The notes beneath the pieces are model-generated. The model worked only from the letters and a program-made list of their open reading frames with translations, searched no databases and was not told the origin of the DNA. A stretch of DNA of 64,000 bases from Candidatus Falkowbacteria bacterium (lineage in GTDB: Bacteria > Patescibacteriota > Patescibacteriia > Patescibacteriales > UBA12465). The stretch spans positions 101,730 to 165,729 of the forward strand of contig JBAXJX010000002.1 in the NCBI GenBank assembly GCA_037137655.1, read 5' to 3'. Made by a program: the position numbers and the translations under genes. Of this stretch, positions 55,140 through 64,000 are shown piece after piece (positions within the stretch are counted from its first letter, which is position 1; each line of letters starts with the position of its first letter).

Positions 55140-55169
55140 AAAAGAGCTCCACATTGGAGCTCTTTTTTG
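55140..55169. terminator. bidirectional intrinsic terminator
   Basis: AAGAGCTCC-ACATT-GGAGCTCTT flanked by an A-run and T6. Confidence 0.85.
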
Positions 55170-55175
55170 TGAGGC

Positions 55176-56195
55176 TTAATTTATCTCAATATCGATAAAA
55201 ACAATTTCCGGGAATTCATCTTTTATTTTCTTTTCAATCTTATCAATCTCGCGGCCGACCATGCGGGGCACACGATCCATGAAGTCGACGCAGAATTTCA
55301 TAAACTCATTGTAATCGTCTTTCACTTTTTCATATTCATGATCTAAGAAATCATGTTGATCTAAATACTTCATTAAAGCGGCAGCGTTAAATTCGATATC
55401 ACATTTAATTAAATATTTATTAATATCTACTACGGATGATTTGAAATCTAAAACTTTTTCAATTGTTGGTTCCATTTCTAAAATTTCAATCACTCTTTCT
55501 CTCATATCATCCGGAATAGATTTAGTTAAAAGATAATTGCGATTTTTAGCAATTAAAATTATCGCCATCACACCCAACATTAAACCAATGATAATTGATG
55601 ATATAGCATCCCAATAAATTTTACCGGTAAGATGACTCATCATAATACCAAGTAAGGCAATTAAAACGCCGAGCACGGCCAAGCCGTCTTCATATAATAC
55701 GGCCAGTGTAGTTGGGTCGCCATATTTTAAAATTTTACTCCACTTTTTTTCATGACTTTGTTTTCTTAGATGACGGTAGGCAATATAGAAAGTAATGGAC
55801 TCAATAATAAAAGAAGCTATTAAAATATAAAAAATTATATTATTTAATTTTATGCTTTCTGGGTGCATTAAAATATTTAAACCATGATAAACTGTGATGC
55901 CACAACCTACAAAGAAAATGCCACAAGCAGAAATCAGGGCCCACACAAAACGTTCGCGCCCATAACCATAATTATATTTATCATCGGCTTGTTTAACTGA
56001 TTTTCTAATACCAATCACTAGGAGAAATTGATTACTGGTATCGGCCAGGCTATGCACAGCCTCGGAAAATAAGGCGCTTGAGCCTGATATGAAAAAACCG
56101 AAAAATTTTATACAGCAAATAAAAAGGTTGCCCAAGAAAGCAAATAAAACTGGGATTAAGCCGGATGTTTTAAAGTTGGAGTTTTTATTATTCAT
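55176..56195 (-). CDS. cation diffusion facilitator (CDF) family transporter
   Basis: Six TM helices with SEAVHSLADTSNQ in TM2 and a cytoplasmic C-terminal domain. Confidence 0.75.
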   Translation of the reverse strand: MNNKNSNFKTSGLIPVLFAFLGNLFICCIKFFGFFISGSSALFSEAVHSLADTSNQFLLVIGIRKSVKQADDKYNYGYGRERFVWALISACGIFFVGCGITVYHGLNILMHPESIKLNNIIFYILIASFIIESITFYIAYRHLRKQSHEKKWSKILKYGDPTTLAVLYEDGLAVLGVLIALLGIMMSHLTGKIYWDAISSIIIGLMLGVMAIILIAKNRNYLLTKSIPDDMRERVIEILEMEPTIEKVLDFKSSVVDINKYLIKCDIEFNAAALMKYLDQHDFLDHEYEKVKDDYNEFMKFCVDFMDRVPRMVGREIDKIEKKIKDEFPEIVFIDIEIN

Positions 56196-57870
56196 GTAAG
56201 TATTTTAACATATAAGTGCCTTTTTGTTTATAGCCAAGTTTTTTATAATAACCACGCACGCCAATTCCAGAAATAACTGCTATCTCGGAACATTTATTTT
56301 TGCGCGCAATTTTTTCGGCTTCAGCCATTAATTTTTTACCAAAACCAGCATGTTGAATTTTTTTGTCCCCACCAATTTTAACTAAGACACCGTAAACGTG
56401 AAGTTCGCGGACTAGGGCTGGGGCAATCGGGCTATGATGGTTAACGCGTAAACGACAAAAGCCATAGATTTTTTCTTTATCGGCACTGGAAAAATTAATA
56501 AAATATTCTGTGCCCTCGCCAGCCGCATATTGTGTGACAAAAAGTTTAGCGGCTTTATCACCGCGACTTGGGATTAAGCCATCACGGACCTCGCGACAGC
56601 GAATACAACGACATTTAATGCCTTTTTGCTGAATAACTTGACGTAAGTTAGTTATGAGATTGCCGGCGATGATTGACTCTCCTGGGATGTCGCGAATTAA
56701 ACGAATAATGCGCACATATTCCGGAACAATAACTTTGCATTCGGCAATTAAGTTCTCCAATTCGGCATCGGTATAAGGTTTGTATTTACCTTTTTTCCAC
56801 CATTCATATAATAAACTCCCCTTGGTAACAACAGTGGGATAAAATTTTATTTGATCAGGTTGAAAGTTTGGATTAGAAAATAATTCTTTAAACATTTCCA
56901 AATCTTTGGCCGGGGTTGATCCAGGTAGAGCGGGCATGAAATGATAAGTGACCTTAAAGCCGTAATCACGTAACATTTTTGTGGCTCGCGTAATTTCAGC
57001 GACATTATGACCACGCTGATTTAATTCTAAAATTTTATCATCAATTGCTTGTACACCAATTTCGACACGAGTTGCTCCAAGGTCGCGCATTTGTTCTAAT
57101 TCTTTAGCATTAATATAGTCAGGTCTAGTTTCAAGGGTTAAGCCAATCATGCTATAGGGGGCTTTTTCATTTTTTTTCTGCTCTCGTTTTAATTCGGCTT
57201 GTAAAAACTCCAAACTTAAATTTTGTTTATAAGGTGCTTTAACTTTATTAATAATCCCCTTGGCAACATTTAATTTGTTGTCACCGGTAATTTTATCATC
57301 ACCGCTATCCAAACCTTTTTTAATTTTAGAAAAGTCATTGATTGCGCGAAAACAATTTAAAATATACCAATATTTATATTTGTCCGGTAAATAACTCCAT
57401 GTGCCACCAATTACAATGATTTCAATTTTATTTGGTTCGTGTCCGTTGTTTTCTAGAGCCTTTAATCGCAAAACAGTTTGCTTATAAGGGTCATATTGGC
57501 AGCGAATAGCTCGCATCACGGCCGGTTCATTGGATAGGTAGCTGGTTGGAACATCAGTTTCTTTTGGACAATAAGCACAGTTTCCTGGGCAAGGATATGG
57601 TTTAGTTAATACAGCCACTGGGGCAATACCAGAAAGAGTTCTGATGGCACGTTTACGTAGAAGGTTGCTAGCCAATAACAAATTAGCTCGAGTTTTGGCG
57701 TCGATTTTTTTGGAGGCAAGTAATTGTTTGTGCTCACGTAAAATTTCCGAATTCAACAAGAGGTCGATATCGTATTTTTTAGAAATTTTTCGCTTTAAAT
57801 CAGAAAAATCATCGTAATTTTTAATTTTTTTGAAATCAGCACTTAGTAATTCCAATATTGCTTGGCGCAT
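56188..57870 (-). CDS. elp3: Elp3-like radical-SAM / GNAT fusion (tRNA U34 modification enzyme family)
   Basis: CPGNCAYCP (CX3CX2C radical SAM cluster), the long Elp3-type central region, and a C-terminal GNAT (HAGFGKKLMAEAEKIARKN). The stop overlaps the CDF start by 8 nt. Confidence 0.8.
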   Translation of the reverse strand: MRQAILELLSADFKKIKNYDDFSDLKRKISKKYDIDLLLNSEILREHKQLLASKKIDAKTRANLLLASNLLRKRAIRTLSGIAPVAVLTKPYPCPGNCAYCPKETDVPTSYLSNEPAVMRAIRCQYDPYKQTVLRLKALENNGHEPNKIEIIVIGGTWSYLPDKYKYWYILNCFRAINDFSKIKKGLDSGDDKITGDNKLNVAKGIINKVKAPYKQNLSLEFLQAELKREQKKNEKAPYSMIGLTLETRPDYINAKELEQMRDLGATRVEIGVQAIDDKILELNQRGHNVAEITRATKMLRDYGFKVTYHFMPALPGSTPAKDLEMFKELFSNPNFQPDQIKFYPTVVTKGSLLYEWWKKGKYKPYTDAELENLIAECKVIVPEYVRIIRLIRDIPGESIIAGNLITNLRQVIQQKGIKCRCIRCREVRDGLIPSRGDKAAKLFVTQYAAGEGTEYFINFSSADKEKIYGFCRLRVNHHSPIAPALVRELHVYGVLVKIGGDKKIQHAGFGKKLMAEAEKIARKNKCSEIAVISGIGVRGYYKKLGYKQKGTYMLKYLHE

Positions 57871-57923
57871 ATTTTTGGAGTATAATAATAACGTATAACT
57901 AACAATATAATAATAACAAATTT

Positions 57924-59069
57924 ATGTCAAAAAAATTATTTCTAAAAATCGGTCTTTTTGCCTTAATCGCTCTTGTTTTGCCATTTTCTGCGGCGCGGGC
58001 TTTTGAGGTGCGCAGTGGCGACTCAGTTTATATTCCGAAAGACCAGATTATTTCCGGTAATTTTTATACGGCTGCCTCAAATTTAACAATTGATGGTCAA
58101 ATTTTAGGTGATGTAATTTGTGCCGGGCAAAATGTGGTTATTAACGGTAAGGTTGATGGAGATGTAATTTGTGCTGCTCAAAGCTTAAATATAAACGGTG
58201 AAGTTAATGGTAATGTTCGTGTGGCTGGTAATAATATTGATATTAATGGCGCAGTAGCACGTAATGTTAATCTTATGTCAGCTACAGCACTTATTTCAGC
58301 TAATGCTAAGGTTGGACGTGATATTCTTTTAGCAGTTGATAAAAGTGAATTCCGCGGTACCGTTGGTGGTAGTATTTATGGCGCCGCTAATAATTTATTG
58401 GTAGCCGGTACTGTTGGCGATGGCATTAATGTTAAGATCGGACAATACAATGGTGATAAGAATACGGGTTTAATAATTGCTGATGGCGCTAAAGTTGCTG
58501 GTAATGTTACTTATAGCAGTGAGCAGGAAGCAAAAATAAATAAAGATAATGTTGGCGGTCAAATTGTTCGTCAGGCCGAAAGCCAGGCGCGTCCAAATTT
58601 ATTCTTAGCTTATATTATGAGTCAGTTTTACGCTATTTTCTCAGCTCTACTAGTTGGATTAATAATTGTTAGTTTATGGCGTAAAACCACTATTAAAATT
58701 ACTGATAGAATTAAAACTGATCATTGGGCTTCAATTGGTTGGGGATTTATCTTATTCTTCGTTAGTCCAATTATTTGTATTATTTTAGCTTTAACAGTTA
58801 TTGGTATTCCTCTAGCTTTGATTTTAGCTGGACTTTGGTTGTTGGCAAACTTCGCTTGCAAATTATTAACAGCTATTTTTATTGGTCGTTTAATATTTAA
58901 AAAATTGAAACAAAAAGAAAGCGAAAAATTATTATTAGAAATGACGGTTGGCGTGTTTGTTTGTTGGATGATATTCTCAATTCCAATTTTAGGTTGGATT
59001 GCTTCTTTGTGGGCAATTTGTATGGGTTGCGGCGCCTCTTGGTTGGTGTTTAGAAAAATAGAAAAATAA
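57924..59069 (+). CDS. secreted/membrane-anchored bactofilin-like repeat protein
   Basis: Signal peptide; repeats DGQILGDVICAGQNVVINGKVDGDVICAAQSLNINGEVNGNVRVAGNNIDINGAV; about 4 C-terminal TM helices. Confidence 0.6.
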   Translation: MSKKLFLKIGLFALIALVLPFSAARAFEVRSGDSVYIPKDQIISGNFYTAASNLTIDGQILGDVICAGQNVVINGKVDGDVICAAQSLNINGEVNGNVRVAGNNIDINGAVARNVNLMSATALISANAKVGRDILLAVDKSEFRGTVGGSIYGAANNLLVAGTVGDGINVKIGQYNGDKNTGLIIADGAKVAGNVTYSSEQEAKINKDNVGGQIVRQAESQARPNLFLAYIMSQFYAIFSALLVGLIIVSLWRKTTIKITDRIKTDHWASIGWGFILFFVSPIICIILALTVIGIPLALILAGLWLLANFACKLLTAIFIGRLIFKKLKQKESEKLLLEMTVGVFVCWMIFSIPILGWIASLWAICMGCGASWLVFRKIEK

Positions 59070-59090
59070 AGTTAGCTTATATATAAAGAT

Positions 59091-60452
59091 ATGTTTAATC
59101 CAAGTATTTTTAAAGCTTATGATATTCGTGGTATTTATGGTCAAGATTTTGATGATGACTTTGCTTATCACTTAGGTCTAGCTTACATGTCTTTTCGTAG
59201 CCAAATAGTTCCTGATCGTTGTGGCTTTAAAATTGTTGTCGGGCATGACATGCGTTTATCCTCACCAAGTTTAAAAGAAGCTTTGATTCGAGGTTTGGTG
59301 GCTGGCGGTGCTAATGTGATTGACATTGGTCTTGTTTCCACCCCAACTTTTTATTTTGCAGTGGCTAACTTTTCTTATGATGGTGGTCTTATGATTTCAG
59401 CTTCCCATAATCCGGGGCAGTGGAATGGCTTTAAAGTTGTTTTAGATCATGCTAGACCAGTAAGTGAAAACAATGGTCTGTTAATTTTACGGGATAAAAT
59501 TATTTCGGGAGAAAAAAATATTTGTACTGAAATTGGTAAGGTTACTATTCATAATAATATTTTGGAGGAGCACGTTGCTTATGATATGGAACGATCTGGA
59601 GTTAAAAATATTAAGCCCTTAAAAATTGTAGTTGATACTGCAAATGGTATGGGCGCACAATACCTTGAAGCTGTTCTGGCTAAATTTCCATTAGAAGTTA
59701 TTAAGATGAATTTTAAATTAGATGGTACTTTTCCAGTCCATGAAGCTGATCCACTAAAACCAGAAAATTTAGCCGACCTACAGGCGATGGTTAAAAAGGA
59801 AAAAGCTAACCTGGGTATTAGTACTGATGGTGACGGTGATCGTGTTTTCTTTGTAGATAATAAAGGTAATATAATTAAACAGGCAATAATTCGCGGTTTG
59901 TTAGCCCAAATGTTTTTACGCGATCGACCAGGTGCTAAAATTGGTTATGATGTTCGCCCTGGAAAAATCACTGAAGACATGATTTTGGCGGCCGGTGGCA
60001 TCCCAGTGGTTACTCGTGTTGGTCATTCGTTGATTAAAGAACAAATGATTAAGGAAAATATTTATTTTTCCGGTGAATCGTCTGGGCACTTTTATTTAAA
60101 TATGTCGGTGGGTTGTTTTGAAGCCCCAGTGATTATGATTTTAAAATTACTAGAAGCTTTGTCAGAATCAAAAAAGAGCATGGAAAAATATATTGCGCCT
60201 TATGAAAAATATTTTGCTACTCCGGAAATCAATATTGATGTTCCTGATAAAGATAAAGTATTAAAATCTTTAGCCGCTAAATATAAAGATGGCAAAATCA
60301 CCAAGATTGATGGTTTGTCTGTGACTTATCCGAACTTTTGGTTTAATGTCCGCGCCTCTAATACGGAAAATAAAATTCGGGTAAATATCGAAGCTGTTGA
60401 TGAAGAGATATTAGAGCGTGAAAAAAATAAATTACTAGATCTGATAAAATAA
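59091..60452 (+). CDS. phosphomannomutase/phosphoglucomutase family
   Basis: FKAYDIRG, the active-site loop ISASHNP, and metal loop DGDGDR. Confidence 0.85.
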   Translation: MFNPSIFKAYDIRGIYGQDFDDDFAYHLGLAYMSFRSQIVPDRCGFKIVVGHDMRLSSPSLKEALIRGLVAGGANVIDIGLVSTPTFYFAVANFSYDGGLMISASHNPGQWNGFKVVLDHARPVSENNGLLILRDKIISGEKNICTEIGKVTIHNNILEEHVAYDMERSGVKNIKPLKIVVDTANGMGAQYLEAVLAKFPLEVIKMNFKLDGTFPVHEADPLKPENLADLQAMVKKEKANLGISTDGDGDRVFFVDNKGNIIKQAIIRGLLAQMFLRDRPGAKIGYDVRPGKITEDMILAAGGIPVVTRVGHSLIKEQMIKENIYFSGESSGHFYLNMSVGCFEAPVIMILKLLEALSESKKSMEKYIAPYEKYFATPEINIDVPDKDKVLKSLAAKYKDGKITKIDGLSVTYPNFWFNVRASNTENKIRVNIEAVDEEILEREKNKLLDLIK

Positions 60453-60464
60453 AAGAGCAATAAA

Positions 60465-60497
60465 AAATCGAGCCAGTGTATGGCTCGATTTTTTTTA
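60465..60497. terminator. bidirectional intrinsic terminator
   Basis: AAATCGAGCCA-GTGTA-TGGCTCGATTT flanked by A6 and T8. Confidence 0.85.
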
Positions 60498-60506
60498 TGG
60501 AACCTT

Positions 60507-61589
60507 TTAATAAAGATTATATTTGGAGTTTAAATAATCCTCAACCGCTTTGCGATTGTCAGTATTTAAATTGTTGTTGTACACAATAGTTTCGGCATAA
60601 TTACCAACAGCATTTGAATATAAGTACAGGCCAATATTATCAACGTTCATAGATGTTGCACCAGAAGAGCCACCAACAAGATTACCGTTCTCATAGATAT
60701 TATTTGTTGCCCCATCATAAATAGAGCTAATTATTTTATAGCTTGTCGGAGCTGTATATCCAATAGATAAGTCTTGTCCGGCACCGAAGGTATAAAATTG
60801 TCCACTCTCCAACACTAACCCTTGTCTCAAAAGGTCATTAGATATTAAAGGGAAGCGACTGCCGGAAATATATTTTATTACACTAAATATCGACCACTTA
60901 GAAAGTGATAGCGGGTAATTAAAAAATAATCCATCATTACCATCAAATGATAATACTGATCTATTGTTAAAATTATTATCAACTATAATGGATGGTTTAT
61001 CATCGGTAGTTGCCTGGTTGGCGTTGTTGGCGTTGCCGCTACGATCAAGCCAAGAGCTAATTTTATTATTAGTGTCTTTGGTTATACCATAGTCAGCGCT
61101 AAACCAAAGATTTAATCCAGCTATACTAGCAGGCGAAAAGGCTGGCGTCGGACAAGCGGCTTGACCAATAAAAGCTTGATCAGTGGCACAATGTTCACCC
61201 TTAACTGTCTTGCCAGTGTCATCACCTAAACAATAACTTAGGCGATATTCATCGTCACTGATAAAAGTGTAGTTATATAGATTAGCGGTGCTGGAACAAG
61301 TGCCATCATTTGGTGTTGGCGCTTTAGGCACGCTAGCAAGGTATATATTATTAGTACTAGATCCGCGCAGGACTTGACCGGATATTAGGCTACTTGGGTA
61401 AAAACCTTCATCACGGTGGTATAATTCCAGAGCTTGTTGAATAATAGCAATATCGGCAATACGACGACTATCTCGACTGTTAGCAGAGATTTTGCTGTAA
61501 CTAACGATAGAGATGGTTACCAATAATCCAATGATCCCGATAGATACTAATAGTTCCACTAGAGTGAAGCCTGATTTTTTATTATTCAT
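60507..61589 (-). CDS. type IV pilin-like protein with C-terminal LamG/concanavalin-like domain
   Basis: Prepilin signal KKSGFTLVELLVSIGIIGLL. The C-terminus reads WLDRSGNANNANQ...SVLSFDGNDGLFF, typical of LamG jelly rolls. Start set to ATG 61589 (MNNKKSGFTLVE). Confidence 0.7.
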   Translation of the reverse strand: MNNKKSGFTLVELLVSIGIIGLLVTISIVSYSKISANSRDSRRIADIAIIQQALELYHRDEGFYPSSLISGQVLRGSSTNNIYLASVPKAPTPNDGTCSSTANLYNYTFISDDEYRLSYCLGDDTGKTVKGEHCATDQAFIGQAACPTPAFSPASIAGLNLWFSADYGITKDTNNKISSWLDRSGNANNANQATTDDKPSIIVDNNFNNRSVLSFDGNDGLFFNYPLSLSKWSIFSVIKYISGSRFPLISNDLLRQGLVLESGQFYTFGAGQDLSIGYTAPTSYKIISSIYDGATNNIYENGNLVGGSSGATSMNVDNIGLYLYSNAVGNYAETIVYNNNLNTDNRKAVEDYLNSKYNLY

Positions 61590-61593
61590 AGAT

Positions 61594-62070
61594 TTATTTG
61601 CAATCACGGGAAATTCTCTCGGGCATTTTATATTGATTAACTATTGAACAAGGGAAATTATTTTCACCAGTCCAAAGTACATCCCACTTACCATTGTTTT
61701 TCATGGCTAAGAATATATTGGTTGTATTGTTGGGAGTGGTGGTAGTGTTTACGCTTGCGGCTGTAACTATAAAAACACCATCAGCGAATGTTCCGTCCTC
61801 ATAACTAATAGTGGCGGTAACATTTTTTGGTGATTGATTTATTTTTTGCGCAATTAAATTTTTTATTTCCTCAGTTCGAATGTTAATGTCGTTCCAAGTT
61901 TCTGGTACACGCCCCTCAACTAGTGGCGTTGGTGTAGTGAGATTATTATTTTTATTTTTATTACTCGAGTTGTCCACAGCTGGTTTGGAATTTTTTGTTA
62001 TAAAAAAAATTGCCCCGATGATAACGGCAACTAAAATTATAAAAGCGATAATATATTTTTTTTTGTTCAT
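61594..62070 (-). CDS. hypothetical N-terminally anchored protein
   Basis: Start moved to ATG 62070 (MNKKKYIIAFIILVAVIIGAIFF). The longer ORF would overlap the upstream gene. Confidence 0.5.
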   Translation of the reverse strand: MNKKKYIIAFIILVAVIIGAIFFITKNSKPAVDNSSNKNKNNNLTTPTPLVEGRVPETWNDINIRTEEIKNLIAQKINQSPKNVTATISYEDGTFADGVFIVTAASVNTTTTPNNTTNIFLAMKNNGKWDVLWTGENNFPCSIVNQYKMPERISRDCK

Positions 62071-62085
62071 ATTTTTATTTCTTTG

Positions 62086-62101
62086 AAATCCGAGGAGGAG
62101 C
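62086..62101. repeat. left arm of a 16-nt inverted repeat (AAATCCGAGGAGGAGC)
   Basis: Its reverse complement GCTCCTCCTCGGATTT matches 62446..62461 (GCTCCTCCTCAGATTT) at 15/16 positions. Confidence 0.85.
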
Positions 62102-62116
62102 TTAAAAGAGACTAGA

Positions 62117-62308
62117 CTATTTCTTTTTAGCAGTTTTTTTAGCAGCTGGTTTTTTTGCAGCAACTTTTTTTACTACTTTTTTCACAGCCTTTTTAACAGC
62201 TGGTTTTTTTGCAGCAACTTTTTTTACAGCTTTCACAGCTTTTTTAACAACTTTTTTTGCAGCTGGTTTTTTTGCAGCAACTTTTTTGACAACTTTTTTA
62301 GTAGCCAT
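62117..62308 (-). CDS. histone H1-like Lys/Ala-repeat basic protein
   Basis: The whole protein is MATKKVVKKVAAKKPAAKKVVKKAVKAVKKVAAKKPAVKKAVKKVVKKVAAKKPAAKKTAKKK. The DNA shows three copies of GCTGGTTTTTTTGCAGCAACTTTTTT. Confidence 0.6.
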   Translation of the reverse strand: MATKKVVKKVAAKKPAAKKVVKKAVKAVKKVAAKKPAVKKAVKKVVKKVAAKKPAAKKTAKKK

Positions 62309-62445
62309 ATTTTTAAAACAAAGAGTGTTTTATAAAAAAGGAAAATCGACCTTTATTTTCCTATATCAAAATACTAAAACATTTTTAGTACCTAATAAAG
62401 AAAAATAAATCGTCGCCTCTTAGTAAAAAGAACACGCTCCTCCTC

Positions 62446-62461
62446 AGATTTTAAAGAACTA
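62446..62461. repeat. right arm of the 16-nt inverted repeat (GCTCCTCCTCAGATTT)
   Basis: See 62086..62101. Confidence 0.85.
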
Positions 62462-62528
62462 AAAATATTTTTTTTCTTCCTAAATATATTTTAGCAAATT
62501 TTTAAAAATTATTCAATATTTTTTTGAA

Positions 62529-63017
62529 CTATTTTTTATTTTTAAAATTAAAAGTAACTTCATTGCCGACAGTGATATCATATTTATCAGTGAAGCTAGA
62601 ATTAACTTCCAAAATATAATCAACTGGAAGTTCTGAGGAATAAATAAAAAGTGGATCAGCACCTTCCGGCAAAAGGTTGGCATCAATTTTTACTATTTTA
62701 TTATTATTGATATAGATAATGTCTAAAGGAAAATTCATATTGCGCATTACCATTTCTTCAACTTTTGTTTCTGGAAAAATAAATAACATGCCGCATAGTT
62801 CGCAAATCTTTTTTTGCCCACTTAGGCCTTGATAACGTAGTTGATTGGTATCGGCAATTTGAACATCAATCGTTTGGCCATTTATAACCACGGTATCAGT
62901 TTGATTTTTAAGTAGTGATTGTTCGCGCCAAAAAAATAAACTAATAGTAATGATGAGGCCAATAAAAATTAAGCCAAATATTATTTCTCGCGGCACACCG
63001 TCAAAATTTTTTTTCAT
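62529..63017 (-). CDS. DUF192-domain protein
   Basis: N-terminal anchor, then ...VQIADTNQLRYQGLSG...GMLFIF...MRNMNFPLDIIYI..., as in DUF192/COG1430 proteins. Confidence 0.65.
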   Translation of the reverse strand: MKKNFDGVPREIIFGLIFIGLIITISLFFWREQSLLKNQTDTVVINGQTIDVQIADTNQLRYQGLSGQKKICELCGMLFIFPETKVEEMVMRNMNFPLDIIYINNNKIVKIDANLLPEGADPLFIYSSELPVDYILEVNSSFTDKYDITVGNEVTFNFKNKK

Positions 63018-63028
63018 ATGATTATTTT

Positions 63029-64000
63029 TTAGATTTCATATTTAGTACACATATAATTGTAGAAAAATCTTTTTGTAAATTCAACCATTACTAAATAAAT
63101 TAAAACTAATATTGCAATTATAGCTAAGACTTTTAAGGGTAGGGGGCTAAAGCCAAGATAGGAACCGATAAATGTTTGGCCAATTATTAAACCAATAATT
63201 ACCACAGTTAAAGCTGAGGCGGCTAAATATTTGCTTGGTGATGACTGGAGAAATGGAATTTTTTTAGTACGAATAATATAAATAACTAAAGTTTGAGTGG
63301 CAAGTGATTCAATAAACCAACCGGTTTGAAACAATGATCCGCTAAAAGAAAAAACTTTATAAAGAATGTAAAAAGTTATAATATCAAAAAGCGAGCTGAT
63401 TGGTCCAAACACTATCATAAATTTTTTAATCACTTTCATATCCCAGTGCTTTGGTTTTCTTAAATAGTCAGCATCAACTTGATCGCTAGGTATGGCGAGT
63501 TGGGAGGAATCATAAAGAAAATTATTGACTAAAATTTGTCCTGGCAACATCGGAAAAAATGGTAAATAAAGTGAAGCGGCAATCATGGAAAACATATTGC
63601 CAAAATTAGAACTTAAATTCATCATGATATATTTCATGGTGTTACCAAAAGTTTTGCGACCTTCTAAGACGCCGTCCATTAATTCTTTTAACCCTTTCTT
63701 CATTAAAATAATATCAGCTGTTTCTTTAGCAACATCCACAGCATTATCAACCGAGATACCAACGTCAGCAGTTTTAAGTGATGGTGCGTCATTAATACCG
63801 TCACCCATGTAGCCAACAACATTACCGTTCTTTTTTAAGATTTCAATTATTCTTTCTTTTTGAATTGGTGAGAAGCGGGCAAAAATATTATTATTTATAG
63901 CGATTAAAGATAATGCCTTATCATTCATAGTATCAAGATCAAATTCATCACCCGTCACGATACCTTTAATTTTAATATCTAAATCTTCACAAATCTTCTT
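63029..64000 (-). CDS. mgtA: P-type ATPase, MgtA-like (C-terminal part; the gene continues beyond the window)
   Basis: GDGINDAPSLKTADVGISV hinge motif and an MgtA-type C-terminal TM region (PFFPMLPGQILVNNFLYD). The frame stays open to position 64000. Confidence 0.85.
   Translation of the reverse strand, partial: KKICEDLDIKIKGIVTGDEFDLDTMNDKALSLIAINNNIFARFSPIQKERIIEILKKNGNVVGYMGDGINDAPSLKTADVGISVDNAVDVAKETADIILMKKGLKELMDGVLEGRKTFGNTMKYIMMNLSSNFGNMFSMIAASLYLPFFPMLPGQILVNNFLYDSSQLAIPSDQVDADYLRKPKHWDMKVIKKFMIVFGPISSLFDIITFYILYKVFSFSGSLFQTGWFIESLATQTLVIYIIRTKKIPFLQSSPSKYLAASALTVVIIGLIIGQTFIGSYLGFSPLPLKVLAIIAILVLIYLVMVEFTKRFFYNYMCTKYEI

Noticed and set aside
62117-62308. Periodic DNA repeats that could be mistaken for a CRISPR or tandem-repeat array
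   Set aside because: The periodicity is the coding repeat of a Lys/Ala-rich ORF with start and stop codons. There are no unique spacers of regular length and no cas genes.

Overview
AT-rich, gene-dense bacterial chromosome segment spanning the replication origin. rpmH-rnpA-yidD-yidC run leftward and dnaA-dnaN rightward from about 18.0-21.2 kb. DnaA-box-like 9-mers and an AT-rich unwinding stretch lie in the dnaA-dnaN spacer. Most of the window is housekeeping: pnp, rpsP-KH-trmD, infB-rbfA-nrnA, rpsF-ssb-rpsR, efp, asnS, lgt, ppsA, a class A PBP and four tRNAs. Short genes, pilin-like proteins, a bacterial Elp3 and charged tails on ribosomal and RNA-binding proteins suggest a reduced-genome lineage such as Patescibacteria/CPR; this is inference only. 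No CRISPR array, rRNA, reverse transcriptase or recognisable defence or toxin enzyme was seen. The content worth a second look is: (1) a tRNA-Ser-anchored islet (31.9-36.7 kb) with an intact IS3-family element, six orphan ORFs and a closing tRNA-3'-end-like fragment carrying CCA. (2) A family of orphan proteins sharing a C-terminal module, three adjacent at 1.6-3.5 kb and one self-contained copy at 26.4 kb. (3) Two tandem lipoprotein-like paralogs with a 75-nt patch of near identity. (4) A block of three sensor kinases and one stand-alone receiver with no DNA-binding output, interleaved with redox and small-molecule enzymes. (5) Identical short hairpins or long-range inverted repeats bracketing single gene cassettes (rubrerythrin; SDR plus Imm5-like; histone-H1-like). 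(6) A promoter-to-terminator structured RNA upstream of rpsF. All functional calls rest on motif recognition by eye. No database search was run.
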